Notes: generated from the letters alone by a model not told the origin. DNA of 64,000 nucleotides from an uncultured Gammaproteobacteria bacterium (GCA_964371245.1 CAYJKP010000001.1:379042-443041), one strand, 5' to 3'; positions 29,695-40,694 are shown, counted from the stretch's first letter. Program-made: numbers and translations.

Positions 29695-32600
29695 ATGAAG
29701 ACTGAAAAATTAGCAAGCCAGCGTTCGTTAAAAAATAAAATATCAAAAGTATTTAATATAGTTGCACAAACGAGCCTGGTTTTTTACTATACGCTCGGGC
29801 CGGCGATGCTATTGGCGCCGCAAAAGGCAGCCGCTGCGACCGTTGGAAATGACGTATCAAAAGTTACAGCCAATACAGCAGTTGTGCCGGCGTCGCTACT
29901 GGCAGATACTGGCTATCAACTGCCGACAGATACTCATTCGCCTAATGAGTGGGGCGAGGGTTCTCTCGGTGATGCCAGCAATGCACTCACGGATAACGGT
30001 CAGTATGCCCAAGACGATGACGAAGGCAATGAGCAAGGTTATCAAGATTTCGGTTTTTCCATTCCAGCGGGCTCTACCATCCGGGGTATCAGTGTCAAAG
30101 CGGAAGCTAAGTCATCGGACGTCAGTGGATGCGTGCTGCAGATGAAACTGTCATGGAATAACGGAAGTAACTACACAAGCAACTGGAAGACAGACGCCCT
30201 GACCGGAACAGATGCGATCCTCGATTTTGGCGGTTCAGCCGATGACTGGGGTCGAAACTGGTCACCGGCAAATTTTACTGATGCAAACTTTGTCGTAAAA
30301 ATGGCCTATGACGATTTAGGTCCAGGAAATACTTGTCAAAGCTCAACAGTATCAGTTGATTATCTTCAGGCAAAGGTTGATTTCATGCCGCCAGCTGTGC
30401 CGCTGCCAAACCCGGTTCTTCCAAGTTCATGCGGCCTCGATATGGGTCTTGTGATCGATAGTTCAGGCAGTATTGACTCGACCGAACTCGGGCAGATGAA
30501 GACGGCGTTCAATGCATTTGTTGACGCCTTTTTACCCGGAACACCGACCCAGATGAGCGTGGTCGAGTTCGATACAAATGTTATTCCGCCAACGCTCGGG
30601 TTCACGGATAATGTTACTAATATAAAAAACCGGATCAACACATCGTCCAGTGGTGGTTATACGAACTGGGAAGATGCGCTAGTTGAATCGCATAGCCTCT
30701 TTCCAAATCGAGCTGCGAAACCAGACTTACTGGTGTTTGCCTCGGATGGGAATCCGAATACGATCGGAACAACGCCGCCGTCGGATGGCGGCGGGGCGAC
30801 CGAAACAGTTGCGGTCAATGCAGCAGTTGCGGCAGCCAATGCCGCGAAGACCGACGGTATTCGAGTACTTGCATTAGGCATTGGTAATGATCTTGATATA
30901 AACAACCTGAAAGCCATTTCCGGAACAAATGTGAATACCGGAATAACGTCTGATGTGATAACTTCGGATTTCGAAACGTTGGCCGAGGATCTGGCGGAAT
31001 ATGCTCATACGCTTTGCGGTGGTAAAATTCTTGTCCAAAAACAATTTGATACGAATGGCGATGGAGTGCCAGAGCTTGATGGTTCAGTGCCCGATCCACT
31101 TCTTAGTGGATGGACGTTTGACGTCAATGGTTCGCCCTCGAATCCCGATGCCCAAACTACAACGAACACCGGATCGCTTGAATTTTCTGTTCAGAACGGA
31201 ACATATTCGGTAATAGAAACAAACCTGAAACCTGACACCGCGCTGTCGAGCGCCCAGTGCGTAAAGGGTACAACGCCAGTCGGTATATACGATCCTATCA
31301 CCCGAACGATATCAGGTTTAACAATGAATACCGATGAGACAATCAGTTGTCGCTTTGTAAATTCTACGACCGTCGGCGCCCTTCGAGTTACCAAGGTAGT
31401 AAATGGCGGACCGGCTGAACCGGATGATTTCGGCTTTCGTATTGTCGGCTGGCAGGGCGAGTATGAATATCCAGCGAGCGGACAAAATTTTGTCGAATTT
31501 GATAATCTTGTAACCGGCCCGTATTCAGTCGAAGAAACAACGGAACCGAACTACGTTCTCAGCTCAGATTGTGAAAACGTCAATGTCACGGCGGGCCAAA
31601 CGACCGAGTGCACGATGACGAATACCTATCACGAGCCCGAACCACTGACGATTGTGGCGCGCAAAATCGTGTGCGACAATGAGTCCGACCTTCCTGACTG
31701 GGGCGTGAACAGCCCGGCCGGGCCTGATGTTACGGCGGCCACTGCCCAGGATTGGATAAACATACATCCTTCTTGCCATTTCGCGTCAGACTGGCGGTTT
31801 CAATGGTCGTATGACGGCGTTCAGAATCCCGGCGATAACACGGGCGAATCAAGCTCGCCGGATTGGCATACCTTTGGACCGACTGATGATACCGGCCTGG
31901 CTTCAACAACGATCAGCGATTTGCAAGGCACGCCAAAAATCTGGGTGCGTGAAGCCTGGCAAAGTGAGTATATCCCGTTTGCCTCGGTCATTAACACGAA
32001 CGAACCGCAGTATAGCGCTGAGTTTTATTGCCATACCGACGTGCTGAACTTCGACAACTGGGAATGGATCGGCAATCCCGAGCTTGAACACACCTATTAT
32101 TGCATAGCGTTTAACGTTCGACAGACCGGCGAGGTGACGTTTGAGAAGCAGGTCGTCGGCGAAGGTGATCCGAATGATTGGACGTTTACCGTTAATGGAC
32201 ACACCTACGCGAACGGCGAAACAGTAAGTTTGCCGACCGGCGTATATACCGTGATTGAAAATGGCCCTGATGGGTATACAAATACCGGCGTTGCAGGCAT
32301 TTGCTCCCAAGACGCCACTCGGGCGAGCGCTGTTGGCGCCAGGATGAATGTGACCACCGAAGGCGGTACCTGCACGTTTATCAATGAACAGGATACCGGA
32401 ACAATTGTTGTTCATAAAAATGTTCTCGATCCCGAGAATAACGAAACGGCAGACAATCATACATTTGCGGTTCAGGTTGACGGAGCTGACCAGAAATCAG
32501 TCAGCGAATCGACCAATGCTACCTATGACAATGTTCCGGTGGGCGAATATGTGATCACCGAAGTACCGGACGGAGATTATGACCTGGTATCAATCACGAA

Positions 32601-34944
32601 CAACGGCTATATCAAAGTGAAGAGCGGACAGACTACAGACGTCTATGTGGTGAACAAGCAGAAATATGCCCACCTGACCGTCTTCAAAGACGTTCTCACT
32701 TGGGATAAACAGCCAGTTGATGACAACACCGTATTTACCGCGCACGTCGTTGATGAAAATCAAGGGTTTGATAAACAGATAGAGATTTCTGAGAATGCCC
32801 CTGTTCAACTCGATCAGCTTATTCCAGGCACGTATAAAATCAGCGAAATCGTTGATGAGAACTATTACCTGTTGAATGGGTATGAACCGTCGGACATAGT
32901 CACGCTGGGTTCAAACGGAAAAGCCGAGGTGACTGTATATAACCTCCAGAACCATCATGAAGTCACGCTTGAAAAGACCGACGAACCCGATGCGGTCCAA
33001 GCTGGCGGTTTGCTCACCTACACGTTGAATTGGGAAAATACCGGTACCGCGCCCGTCAACGGATTAACCATTACAGACACTGTGCCGACAGATACTACCT
33101 ATAGTATCTGTACCGGCGGCGAAACCTGCGGTGTGTCGGGCGGAATCGTAACTTGGGATCTCGGCACGCAATACCCGGGCGCGAAAGGCAGTGTTACGCT
33201 CACGGTACTGGTCAATACGCCATTGCGCGACGGCACAATAATTTATAACAACGAAGCCTCGATATTCTCGAAAGAAACGAAACCAGTATATGCTTCAGCA
33301 GAAACAACGGTAAAGTCTGACTTCAATGTAATTCTGACGAAATCAGCCATCGATCTAACTAATCCCGGAACGAAAATCGACTATACCCTGAACTGGTCGG
33401 TCAGCGGTAATTCACCGATCGACAGCCTCGAGATCACTGATCCGATTCCAACCAATACCACATTCGTGGCAGCTTCTGACAGCGGGACTGAAGCCGGCGG
33501 AACAGTAACGTGGGATTTGGGCGTGCATAATCCCGGCGATAGCGGTTTCGTTACGGTGACCGTTCAGGCTGCCTGGCCATTGGCCGATGGGACGGAGATC
33601 ATGAATACCGCCAGATTCTGCGGCCAGGCTGAAAGTTCGGATACACCTGAATTCGCGAAACTGAGCGATGACCAGAATGTCATCGAACACTGCACGACCG
33701 CTGACAAAACAACCACCATCACGTCGTCACCGATATTAACCGTGGTTAAATCAGACACACCGGACCCGGTACTCGCTGGTAGCGAGTTAACGTATGAAAT
33801 TGCCTGGTCAGTCAGCGGCAACAGTCCGGCGACAAATGTCGTGATAACGGATGTCTTACCAGCTGATACAACCTTTGTTTCAGCTGATAGTGGTAGCTAT
33901 GATGTTGCCACTCGGACGGTAACCTGGGCACTGGGAAATAAAGTACCGCCAGATTCCGGCACAGTCATGTTAAAAGTTACTGTGGCTGGAACCGTGCTTG
34001 ACGGTACGAATATCGCAAATACCGTAACCATAGATAGCACAGAAAACGTTCCGGTGACAGACAGCGAAAATACGTTGGTCACAAATGTTCCAATCCTCAC
34101 CCTGACCAAAACCGTTGACGCGACCAAGGCCGTGAATCCGGGCGATGAAGTAAACTACACGGTTACGGTGAAAAATACTGGATACGCGACTGCCAAGAAT
34201 CTCGCTTTGAACGATGTCATGCCAACTGAGCTGTATTACTCAGATGTTCTCGGCTCAAGCCGGACGTTCGTCTCAGGCGGCGACCTGGCGATCGGCGATA
34301 CGCTGACCTTCACCTATCCGGTGACCGTTAAAACCGGCACCGCCGATGGTGATTACGTCAATACGGCGACGCTGACTGCGGATAACTATAAGACCTTGAC
34401 CGCTCAGGCGACAATTGCGGTTACACAGGGAACGGTGAAAGGTGAGACAGCCGTGCCGAAACTGGTGATCGAGAAATCGGTCGATGTATCATTTGCGAAT
34501 CCGGGCGATACGGTAACCTACACCGTGAAGATTTCGAACACCGGCGAAGCGCCAGCCGATCAATTGGTATTAGGCGACATTCTCCCAGCCGGATTCAGTT
34601 TCGTCGAAACCGGCGGTACGACCCGGAGTTGGGATCTCGGCACGCTCGCGCAAGGGAAGAGCGTCACGGTAACCTATGAGGTGGATATCGCAACATCGGT
34701 TGCAGCCGGAACATACGATAATATCGCCACGGCCAGCGCTGACAATGCCGACCCGGTTACAGCCAAGAAAAAACTCGAGGTGAAATCAGTCGAAGTAAAA
34801 GGCGCGGAAGCCGGTCCGGAATTGCCTCAGACAGGCGCCGGCTTGATGGACTACATCATCTTCGGTAGCGCCTTGATAACACTGGCCGGCTCGGCTCTTG
34901 GTCTTCGGCGCAGTGTTCGAGCCACAAAAGTAAAACGGTCATAA
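29695..34944 (+). CDS. Giant cell-surface adhesin: vWA (MIDAS) domain, SpaA/Ig-like repeats, five DUF11 repeats, LPQTG sorting signal
   Basis: SD AAGGAG; DSSGS..T..D MIDAS; L..K.....NPGD..YT DUF11 repeats; LPQTG + hydrophobic stretch + RRSVRATKVKRS tail. Confidence 0.88.
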   Translation: MKTEKLASQRSLKNKISKVFNIVAQTSLVFYYTLGPAMLLAPQKAAAATVGNDVSKVTANTAVVPASLLADTGYQLPTDTHSPNEWGEGSLGDASNALTDNGQYAQDDDEGNEQGYQDFGFSIPAGSTIRGISVKAEAKSSDVSGCVLQMKLSWNNGSNYTSNWKTDALTGTDAILDFGGSADDWGRNWSPANFTDANFVVKMAYDDLGPGNTCQSSTVSVDYLQAKVDFMPPAVPLPNPVLPSSCGLDMGLVIDSSGSIDSTELGQMKTAFNAFVDAFLPGTPTQMSVVEFDTNVIPPTLGFTDNVTNIKNRINTSSSGGYTNWEDALVESHSLFPNRAAKPDLLVFASDGNPNTIGTTPPSDGGGATETVAVNAAVAAANAAKTDGIRVLALGIGNDLDINNLKAISGTNVNTGITSDVITSDFETLAEDLAEYAHTLCGGKILVQKQFDTNGDGVPELDGSVPDPLLSGWTFDVNGSPSNPDAQTTTNTGSLEFSVQNGTYSVIETNLKPDTALSSAQCVKGTTPVGIYDPITRTISGLTMNTDETISCRFVNSTTVGALRVTKVVNGGPAEPDDFGFRIVGWQGEYEYPASGQNFVEFDNLVTGPYSVEETTEPNYVLSSDCENVNVTAGQTTECTMTNTYHEPEPLTIVARKIVCDNESDLPDWGVNSPAGPDVTAATAQDWINIHPSCHFASDWRFQWSYDGVQNPGDNTGESSSPDWHTFGPTDDTGLASTTISDLQGTPKIWVREAWQSEYIPFASVINTNEPQYSAEFYCHTDVLNFDNWEWIGNPELEHTYYCIAFNVRQTGEVTFEKQVVGEGDPNDWTFTVNGHTYANGETVSLPTGVYTVIENGPDGYTNTGVAGICSQDATRASAVGARMNVTTEGGTCTFINEQDTGTIVVHKNVLDPENNETADNHTFAVQVDGADQKSVSESTNATYDNVPVGEYVITEVPDGDYDLVSITNNGYIKVKSGQTTDVYVVNKQKYAHLTVFKDVLTWDKQPVDDNTVFTAHVVDENQGFDKQIEISENAPVQLDQLIPGTYKISEIVDENYYLLNGYEPSDIVTLGSNGKAEVTVYNLQNHHEVTLEKTDEPDAVQAGGLLTYTLNWENTGTAPVNGLTITDTVPTDTTYSICTGGETCGVSGGIVTWDLGTQYPGAKGSVTLTVLVNTPLRDGTIIYNNEASIFSKETKPVYASAETTVKSDFNVILTKSAIDLTNPGTKIDYTLNWSVSGNSPIDSLEITDPIPTNTTFVAASDSGTEAGGTVTWDLGVHNPGDSGFVTVTVQAAWPLADGTEIMNTARFCGQAESSDTPEFAKLSDDQNVIEHCTTADKTTTITSSPILTVVKSDTPDPVLAGSELTYEIAWSVSGNSPATNVVITDVLPADTTFVSADSGSYDVATRTVTWALGNKVPPDSGTVMLKVTVAGTVLDGTNIANTVTIDSTENVPVTDSENTLVTNVPILTLTKTVDATKAVNPGDEVNYTVTVKNTGYATAKNLALNDVMPTELYYSDVLGSSRTFVSGGDLAIGDTLTFTYPVTVKTGTADGDYVNTATLTADNYKTLTAQATIAVTQGTVKGETAVPKLVIEKSVDVSFANPGDTVTYTVKISNTGEAPADQLVLGDILPAGFSFVETGGTTRSWDLGTLAQGKSVTVTYEVDIATSVAAGTYDNIATASADNADPVTAKKKLEVKSVEVKGAEAGPELPQTGAGLMDYIIFGSALITLAGSALGLRRSVRATKVKRS

Positions 34945-34953
34945 TACGACTGC

Positions 34954-35532
34954 ATGTCGGATAATACGAAGCGGCTGGTTTCTTCACGAGCCAGCCGCCT
35001 TCTGAAAATAGTATTTATCGTTCTGGCCGTTCTCGCGGCTGTGGTTGTAATTTATCCGTTATATCCGGCCGTTCAGTACCAGGTTGGTTGGGTGCGCCGA
35101 GCGGATCGTTTGCCCTCACTGCAAAATTCCGAGCCACCTGCAGAGAATCGGCTCGTCATACCGAAGATCGGGGTGGATACGCAGATAGTTGAGGGTAAGA
35201 CCGAAGCAACGCTGTATAAGGGCGTTTGGCGCGTTCCAAGCGGTTCTACGCCGGATGTTGGGAGCAATACCGTCTTGACAGGCCATCGTTTTCAGTACCG
35301 GCCGCCGAATAACACAACCTTTTATTTGCTGGATAAGTTGACGGTCGGGGATGAAGTGATTGTCTTTTGGAACCAAGTAAAGTATCAATACAAAGTTACG
35401 GAAACGAAAGTCGTCGCGAATAACGACTTCTCGATCCAATCAGCCACGAGCGATCCACGGCTCACGCTCTACACCTGCACGCCGTTATTCTCAACCACGA
35501 AACGACTGGTTGTGATCGCGTCGCCGATATAA
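34954..35532 (+). CDS. Sortase
   Basis: N-terminal TM, RLVIPKIG, GHR, LTLYTCTP...KRL catalytic H/C/R. Confidence 0.93.
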   Translation: MSDNTKRLVSSRASRLLKIVFIVLAVLAAVVVIYPLYPAVQYQVGWVRRADRLPSLQNSEPPAENRLVIPKIGVDTQIVEGKTEATLYKGVWRVPSGSTPDVGSNTVLTGHRFQYRPPNNTTFYLLDKLTVGDEVIVFWNQVKYQYKVTETKVVANNDFSIQSATSDPRLTLYTCTPLFSTTKRLVVIASPI

Positions 35533-35639
35533 CAATACGGCACTCCCTGATCAAGCATGCTGTTATTCGCTCTTATCCCTTAGAGGCAAGTGGGTTGACG
35601 ATAATATAGAATGTGTTTAAATGACAGTATATAAGGAAC

Positions 35640-36050
35640 ATGGATAATACTGAAAAATATCTAAGTTTTGAAGAAACCTGCGGAAAGCCCCTCAAGTCAT
35701 ATTTTGCGATAGATGGCGAAAAACGCAATGTAGAAATATGTACGAAAAAAAAGGCCGTACATAACAGTTCTCACCCGCTCGAAGAAAGTCCAACTGTTTT
35801 TTATAATTTAAAAAATGTACTTTTATATCCTGATTATACTAGAACTTCAAAATCAAAGAATTCTTTATCAAAAAAACATATAGAAACCGCCAAAGAGGTA
35901 AAAGAATACACAAAAAAGAATTTTATTGAAAAGTTAAATCTACCTGGTGGATATGAACGAGGTGATGCGACGCTTATAGTTAAATATGGTGATAAAGATA
36001 CTGGTAAGAATTATACCTTGACTTACAGGATTAATTCTCCATCATCATGA
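35640..36050 (+). CDS. Hypothetical low-GC protein (possible RelE/PBECR-like toxin)
   Basis: 136-aa basic ORF with its own promoter (TTGACG...AATGACAGTAT region); coupled to the next gene. Confidence 0.55.
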   Translation: MDNTEKYLSFEETCGKPLKSYFAIDGEKRNVEICTKKKAVHNSSHPLEESPTVFYNLKNVLLYPDYTRTSKSKNSLSKKHIETAKEVKEYTKKNFIEKLNLPGGYERGDATLIVKYGDKDTGKNYTLTYRINSPSS

Positions 36051-36319
36051 AATACCCTAATTTTAATGATTGGTTCATTTCATATGATCCTTATACAGAC
36101 TTTTTTCAAATGTATGACGAGAGTATTTTAAAGAGTTATAAGGAAGACTTGGTGTTGAAAAAAAATGGTCATGCAAGACTATATTTTAGCAAAAGATCTC
36201 CCAAGCTGTTATTGATAGAGGTCGATGGGGTATATGATAAATTTAAAAAAGATATAAACAGTATGACAAAAAAGCAGGTTGTCGGTTTGATAAAACCATT
36301 AATTAATTCATTTATTTAA
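36047..36319 (+). CDS. DUF2283-like small protein
   Basis: SYDPYTDFFQMY...LLLIEVDG resembles DUF2283 YD...D.LYI...GIEI; ATGA overlap. Confidence 0.5.
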   Translation: MKYPNFNDWFISYDPYTDFFQMYDESILKSYKEDLVLKKNGHARLYFSKRSPKLLLIEVDGVYDKFKKDINSMTKKQVVGLIKPLINSFI

Positions 36320-36323
36320 TTTT

Positions 36324-36587
36324 ATGGCAGAAAATCAGCAACAAAAAATTACAATTATTAGCAAGCCCATTGGAATAGCATCAGATGGCAACGCAATAAA
36401 TGTACAAGAAAATGGAAATGTTGAATTAATATTTTTCCAAATTGTTCAGAAACTAGAACATGAGCTTCAGGTACAGGGAGTTGCAAATATTCGAATGAAT
36501 ATTGGTCAATTAGAGCAATTTATGCGTATATGTAATCAGGCCATTTCTGAATATAAGAAAAAACAGGAAGATAAAAAAAGTGCATAA
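36324..36587 (+). CDS. DUF3467-like small protein
   Basis: N.INV.....V.LIFFQ...VANIRM...QL..F pattern. Confidence 0.45.
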   Translation: MAENQQQKITIISKPIGIASDGNAINVQENGNVELIFFQIVQKLEHELQVQGVANIRMNIGQLEQFMRICNQAISEYKKKQEDKKSA

Positions 36588-36790
36588 ATTCTATAATCTT
36601 CTCGACAATGCTATCCAATCACTCGCATTAGTAAAAGCTGGAAAATCTGTCCGTTCCGGTGGTTATACAAATTAAGAAAGTTTTTATGAATTATTACGAC
36701 GGCAATATAGGTGCCGTCGTTTTAGCATTGACAAAAAGACAAATTTATAGTATCCTTTACTGTTGAGCAATTACTTTGTACAATACAGGT

Positions 36791-38269
36791 ATGGCCGAGA
36801 AATTGTATAAAAATATCCAGCTGATCCACGAACGCGGGTCGCAGTATTTCAAGCACTACTTCATCCCGCACGACGGCAATCGGCATCAGCCCGGGATTCT
36901 CCACCCGAATCTTTTGCGTGCCTACAGCGTGATTGTCATTGCGGTGAAAATATTTCTCACCGGTTTTTTGTTTCTGTCATATCCCAGCCCGGGCGAATTC
37001 GCGTCAGTCACGGCCAGCCAGATTATCGAATTGACCAATGTTGAACGGAAAAACAGCGGTTTAGTGGCCTTACAGAGCAATGGCAAGCTCGCCCAGGCGG
37101 CGGCCCGAAAAGCGCAAGACATGATTGACCGCGGCTATTTTGACCATACCGGACCGGACGGCTCGCGGCCATGGACGTGGATTTCAAAGGCCGGCTATAG
37201 CTATCTCTATGCCGGCGAAAACTTGGCCAAGGATTTTTCCAGCGCCAAGAGCACGATGAACGCGTTGATGAACAGCGCCAGCCACCGGAAAAATATCCTG
37301 AACGATAAATACAAAGACATCGGCGTCGCGGTCGTAAACGGTAATTTTCAAGGCAAGGATACGATGATTATGGTTCAGTTCTTCGGTTCGGTCGTCGAAA
37401 CCGCGCCGGTCAAGGCGATCGCGCAGCCGTCGAATCCGACCACTCAGCCAAGCCAACCGAGTGCACCGCCTCAGACGAACCAAACTTCTCCGCCAGCACC
37501 CAAACCCGCTGAAACGTATATCGCGTCATATGTCACGCAGAGCGCGGAATCAATCGAGCTCGCCAGCGGCGTGGCAACGTCAATTTGGGCGGAATTTAAA
37601 AATACCGGCACAGCCACCTGGCGAAATACCGGCGACCATTTTATTGCCGTCAACGTTACGAATCCAGCCGGGCGATCAAGCCCATTTACTACCAAAGACT
37701 GGGTCGAGCCATACCGTCCGCTGATCATGAAATCGGCCGAGGTGAAGCCCCAGCAAGCCGAACGTTTTGAATTTACCGTGCAGGCGCCGACGAAGCCCGG
37801 GAAGTATTCGGAAAGTTTCGCCCTGGTGGCTGAAAACCTTGCCTGGATCGACGGTGGCGTCTTTACCATGCCGATTACCGTGATCGCGCCGCCCGACTCG
37901 AAACCGGCCGCAACCACGCCGCCAACAAAACCCATAACCAAACCCAGCACGCCAACTGAGCCGGCCACTGTTGTTTCCAACGACGTTCCAACAGCCGTGA
38001 GTCCGATTGCGATATCATTTACCCAGACGGCTACGACCGTAAAAAATACCAGCTCAACCGACCGGGTCATATCGTATACGCAGATATTCTTCCTGGTGCT
38101 GGTCGCGTTCCTGGTGCTTGCCCTCTTGCTGAATGTTTTCATTAAGATCCGCGTCCAGCATGTTCCGACAATCCTGCGGACGCTGTTGGTCATTATCTTG
38201 GCAGTGCTCGTCTATGCGACGCGTTTCCATTTCCTTGAGTCGCTTGGCAAATATATAAATATCTTCTAA
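36791..38269 (+). CDS. CAP domain protein with Pro-rich linkers, Ig-like (NBR1-type) domain and C-terminal TMs
   Basis: HYFIPH..N.H.P, YFDHTGPDG, AGENLA, SASHRKNIL; FKNTGTATW...EVKP....F.F.V.AP..PG.Y. Confidence 0.85.
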   Translation: MAEKLYKNIQLIHERGSQYFKHYFIPHDGNRHQPGILHPNLLRAYSVIVIAVKIFLTGFLFLSYPSPGEFASVTASQIIELTNVERKNSGLVALQSNGKLAQAAARKAQDMIDRGYFDHTGPDGSRPWTWISKAGYSYLYAGENLAKDFSSAKSTMNALMNSASHRKNILNDKYKDIGVAVVNGNFQGKDTMIMVQFFGSVVETAPVKAIAQPSNPTTQPSQPSAPPQTNQTSPPAPKPAETYIASYVTQSAESIELASGVATSIWAEFKNTGTATWRNTGDHFIAVNVTNPAGRSSPFTTKDWVEPYRPLIMKSAEVKPQQAERFEFTVQAPTKPGKYSESFALVAENLAWIDGGVFTMPITVIAPPDSKPAATTPPTKPITKPSTPTEPATVVSNDVPTAVSPIAISFTQTATTVKNTSSTDRVISYTQIFFLVLVAFLVLALLLNVFIKIRVQHVPTILRTLLVIILAVLVYATRFHFLESLGKYINIF

Positions 38270-38307
38270 ACTGAAAAAAAGCGGCAGGTGAGACCGACGC
38301 GGTTTGT

Positions 38308-39780
38308 GTGTTGCATAAATCCCAGATAACCAGCCTTTGTTTCATTGGTTTATTGACGGGCGTATTGGTGCGCTCGTTTTATAGTTGGCCGCAAAGCCTG
38401 ACGCTGGTTGTGGCCAGCTTGTCGTTTGCCATTATTTTATTGAAAAGTCGATATGGCCTGGCCGCGATGGTGTTTATAATTGCGGCAAGTTTTGGCGCAA
38501 CCTATTATGCGTACCGATTGCCGTCGTCATCGCCCGGCAATATTGAATATTACAATGATTCCAAGGTTGAAATTATCGGACGTGTTCAAACCGAGGTGGA
38601 CCGTCGGACGACCGGGCAGACAATCGTTTTATCTGTTACCAACGCTCTGGCACCGGTACATCGGGAAATGCGGGGGAGGGTATTGCTCAAACTGCCGCTC
38701 TATCCAGAAATAGCGTATGGCGAAATCATGCGCGTAACGTGTCAATTGGAGAAACCCGAGCCGTTCAACGATTTTGCCTATGACCGGTATTTAGCGGTGG
38801 CGCATATTTATACCATCTGCAATTGGCCGAAAATTATCGAGCGACGTTCTCAGAACGAAATCTCATTTAGCGGAACCGTCCTCGCAGTAAAAAAGAAATT
38901 CCTCAATCGTTTAAACGCTATCATGCCCGAACCGCAGGCTTCGCTGTTGGCCGGTTTACTTGTTGGGTCGCGTCAGGGAATACCAGACGATATTAATGAG
39001 GATTTTAAGCGCACCGGGCTATCACATATTATTGCCATCTCCGGCTATAACATCACGATCATTGCGACCTGTATTCTAGGCATGACCAAGAGGCTGATTG
39101 GGCGAAAGAGAAGCTTCTGGTTTGTTGTCGGTGTGCTTGGCGTTTTTGTCATCCTCACCGGTGCTCAGGCATCTGTTGTCCGGGCAGCCGTTATGGGCAT
39201 AACTGTATTATTATCTCGTTACCTCGGCCGACAGACCGACCTCAGTGTCATTATTCTGTTGGCAGCGGGGGTAATGGTGTTGATTAACCCGCTGGTGTTA
39301 GCGTTTGACATTGGGTTTCAGCTGTCATTTTTGGCGACGATCGGACTTGTCTATCTAAGTCAAAAAATGGATCGGTTTTTCGGCTGGGTGCCCGAATCTT
39401 TTTCAATGCGCGAATCAGTTCGCTCAACGCTCTCTGCCACAATTATGACGTTGCCATTGCTGATTTATTATTTCGGACGCGTCTCTATAATCTCGCCGCT
39501 GGCCAATTGTATAATATTGCCGATCATTCCATTGGTGATGGCGACTGGGTTTATTGCGGTTGTCGTGGGTCTGATCTGGAACCAACTGGGTCTGTGGCTG
39601 AGCGTCTTTCCCTGGTTTGGACTTGACTATATGATCCGGGCTATCCGACTCCTGGCTCAATTTCGGTATGCCTCAATGGAAAGCATTCAAATACCACCGA
39701 GCATGGTTTGGTTTGCCTACGGATTTATAATCATCGGAGCGTTACTCAAGTGCTTTCGAACGAAAAATAAACGAATATGA
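38308..39780 (+). CDS. comEC: ComEC/Rec2 competence membrane protein
   Basis: F.RTGLSHIIAISGYN, ASVVRAAVM, DIGFQLSFLAT. Confidence 0.93.
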   Translation: MLHKSQITSLCFIGLLTGVLVRSFYSWPQSLTLVVASLSFAIILLKSRYGLAAMVFIIAASFGATYYAYRLPSSSPGNIEYYNDSKVEIIGRVQTEVDRRTTGQTIVLSVTNALAPVHREMRGRVLLKLPLYPEIAYGEIMRVTCQLEKPEPFNDFAYDRYLAVAHIYTICNWPKIIERRSQNEISFSGTVLAVKKKFLNRLNAIMPEPQASLLAGLLVGSRQGIPDDINEDFKRTGLSHIIAISGYNITIIATCILGMTKRLIGRKRSFWFVVGVLGVFVILTGAQASVVRAAVMGITVLLSRYLGRQTDLSVIILLAAGVMVLINPLVLAFDIGFQLSFLATIGLVYLSQKMDRFFGWVPESFSMRESVRSTLSATIMTLPLLIYYFGRVSIISPLANCIILPIIPLVMATGFIAVVVGLIWNQLGLWLSVFPWFGLDYMIRAIRLLAQFRYASMESIQIPPSMVWFAYGFIIIGALLKCFRTKNKRI

Positions 39781-40694
39781 AACATCGGCGCAACCTGAAA
39801 AAAATATATTTTCTCATTATCCTGGCTGTCGTGGCGATCGGCGTACGACAATTCGCCAGTCTGCCGGCGAAGCCAGAAGCAATATTCTTCGACGTCGGCC
39901 AGGGCGATGCTACGCTTATAAACGGTCCACAAAACACACAAATCGTGATTGACGGCGGACCGGACGATACCGTGGTAAAAAAGCTCGGCCAATATCTTCC
40001 CGTCAACGATCGGACGATCGAAATGGTTCTCGTCAGCCACCCGGATAGCGATCATCTCACGGGATTAATCGAACTGGCCCGGCGCTATGCCATCACCTAT
40101 GTCATCCAGCCGGCGTTTACGGCCGAATCGCCAATGATCGAAGAATGGCGCGCTGTCCTCAAGGAAAAGAACATTTCAGTCATCGAGGCTGCTGCCGGGA
40201 TGAATTTCACTTTTCCGAGCCAAGGCCAGCTAGAAATCTTCTCGCCAAAAAAGGGCGTTGTGTATAAAGATACGAATGCTCAGTCGATAATCTGTGTTTA
40301 TCGGTTAGCTGACATAAAATTACTTTTTCTTGGCGATACGACGCCTGAGTCACAAGACGCCCTTCTTGGAATAAAGGAACTTGAGAATGTCCAATACATT
40401 AAAATATCCCACCACGGTAGCGAAAAATCATATTCAAATAGTTTAATCGACATGATTGATCCAAGCGTGGCGATTATCCAGGTCGGGGCGGATAATCGGT
40501 TCGGCCACCCTTCGCTATCAGTCATCAAGCAGCTGAATGAAAGAAACATCACCCTGCGAAGGACTGACCAGGAAGGCGATATCGTTGTTCCGTTGACCGC
40601 TGACACTGACATACAAAATAGCGCTCCAATATTTGAAAAAATTCTATTTGTATGGTATAATCTAGTTAGAAACATTAAATCGTTGCTAACATGA
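39777..40694 (+). CDS. ComEC-associated metallo-beta-lactamase domain protein
   Basis: FDVGQGDA, IDGG, SHPDSDH, LGD, SHHGS, N.FGHP, RTDQEG. Confidence 0.9.
   Translation: MKHRRNLKKIYFLIILAVVAIGVRQFASLPAKPEAIFFDVGQGDATLINGPQNTQIVIDGGPDDTVVKKLGQYLPVNDRTIEMVLVSHPDSDHLTGLIELARRYAITYVIQPAFTAESPMIEEWRAVLKEKNISVIEAAAGMNFTFPSQGQLEIFSPKKGVVYKDTNAQSIICVYRLADIKLLFLGDTTPESQDALLGIKELENVQYIKISHHGSEKSYSNSLIDMIDPSVAIIQVGADNRFGHPSLSVIKQLNERNITLRRTDQEGDIVVPLTADTDIQNSAPIFEKILFVWYNLVRNIKSLLT

Noticed and set aside
37471-38193. 240-aa minus-strand ORF (and similar ORFs at 31903-32460 and 63209-63766)
   Set aside because: Antisense shadows of well-supported plus-strand genes.
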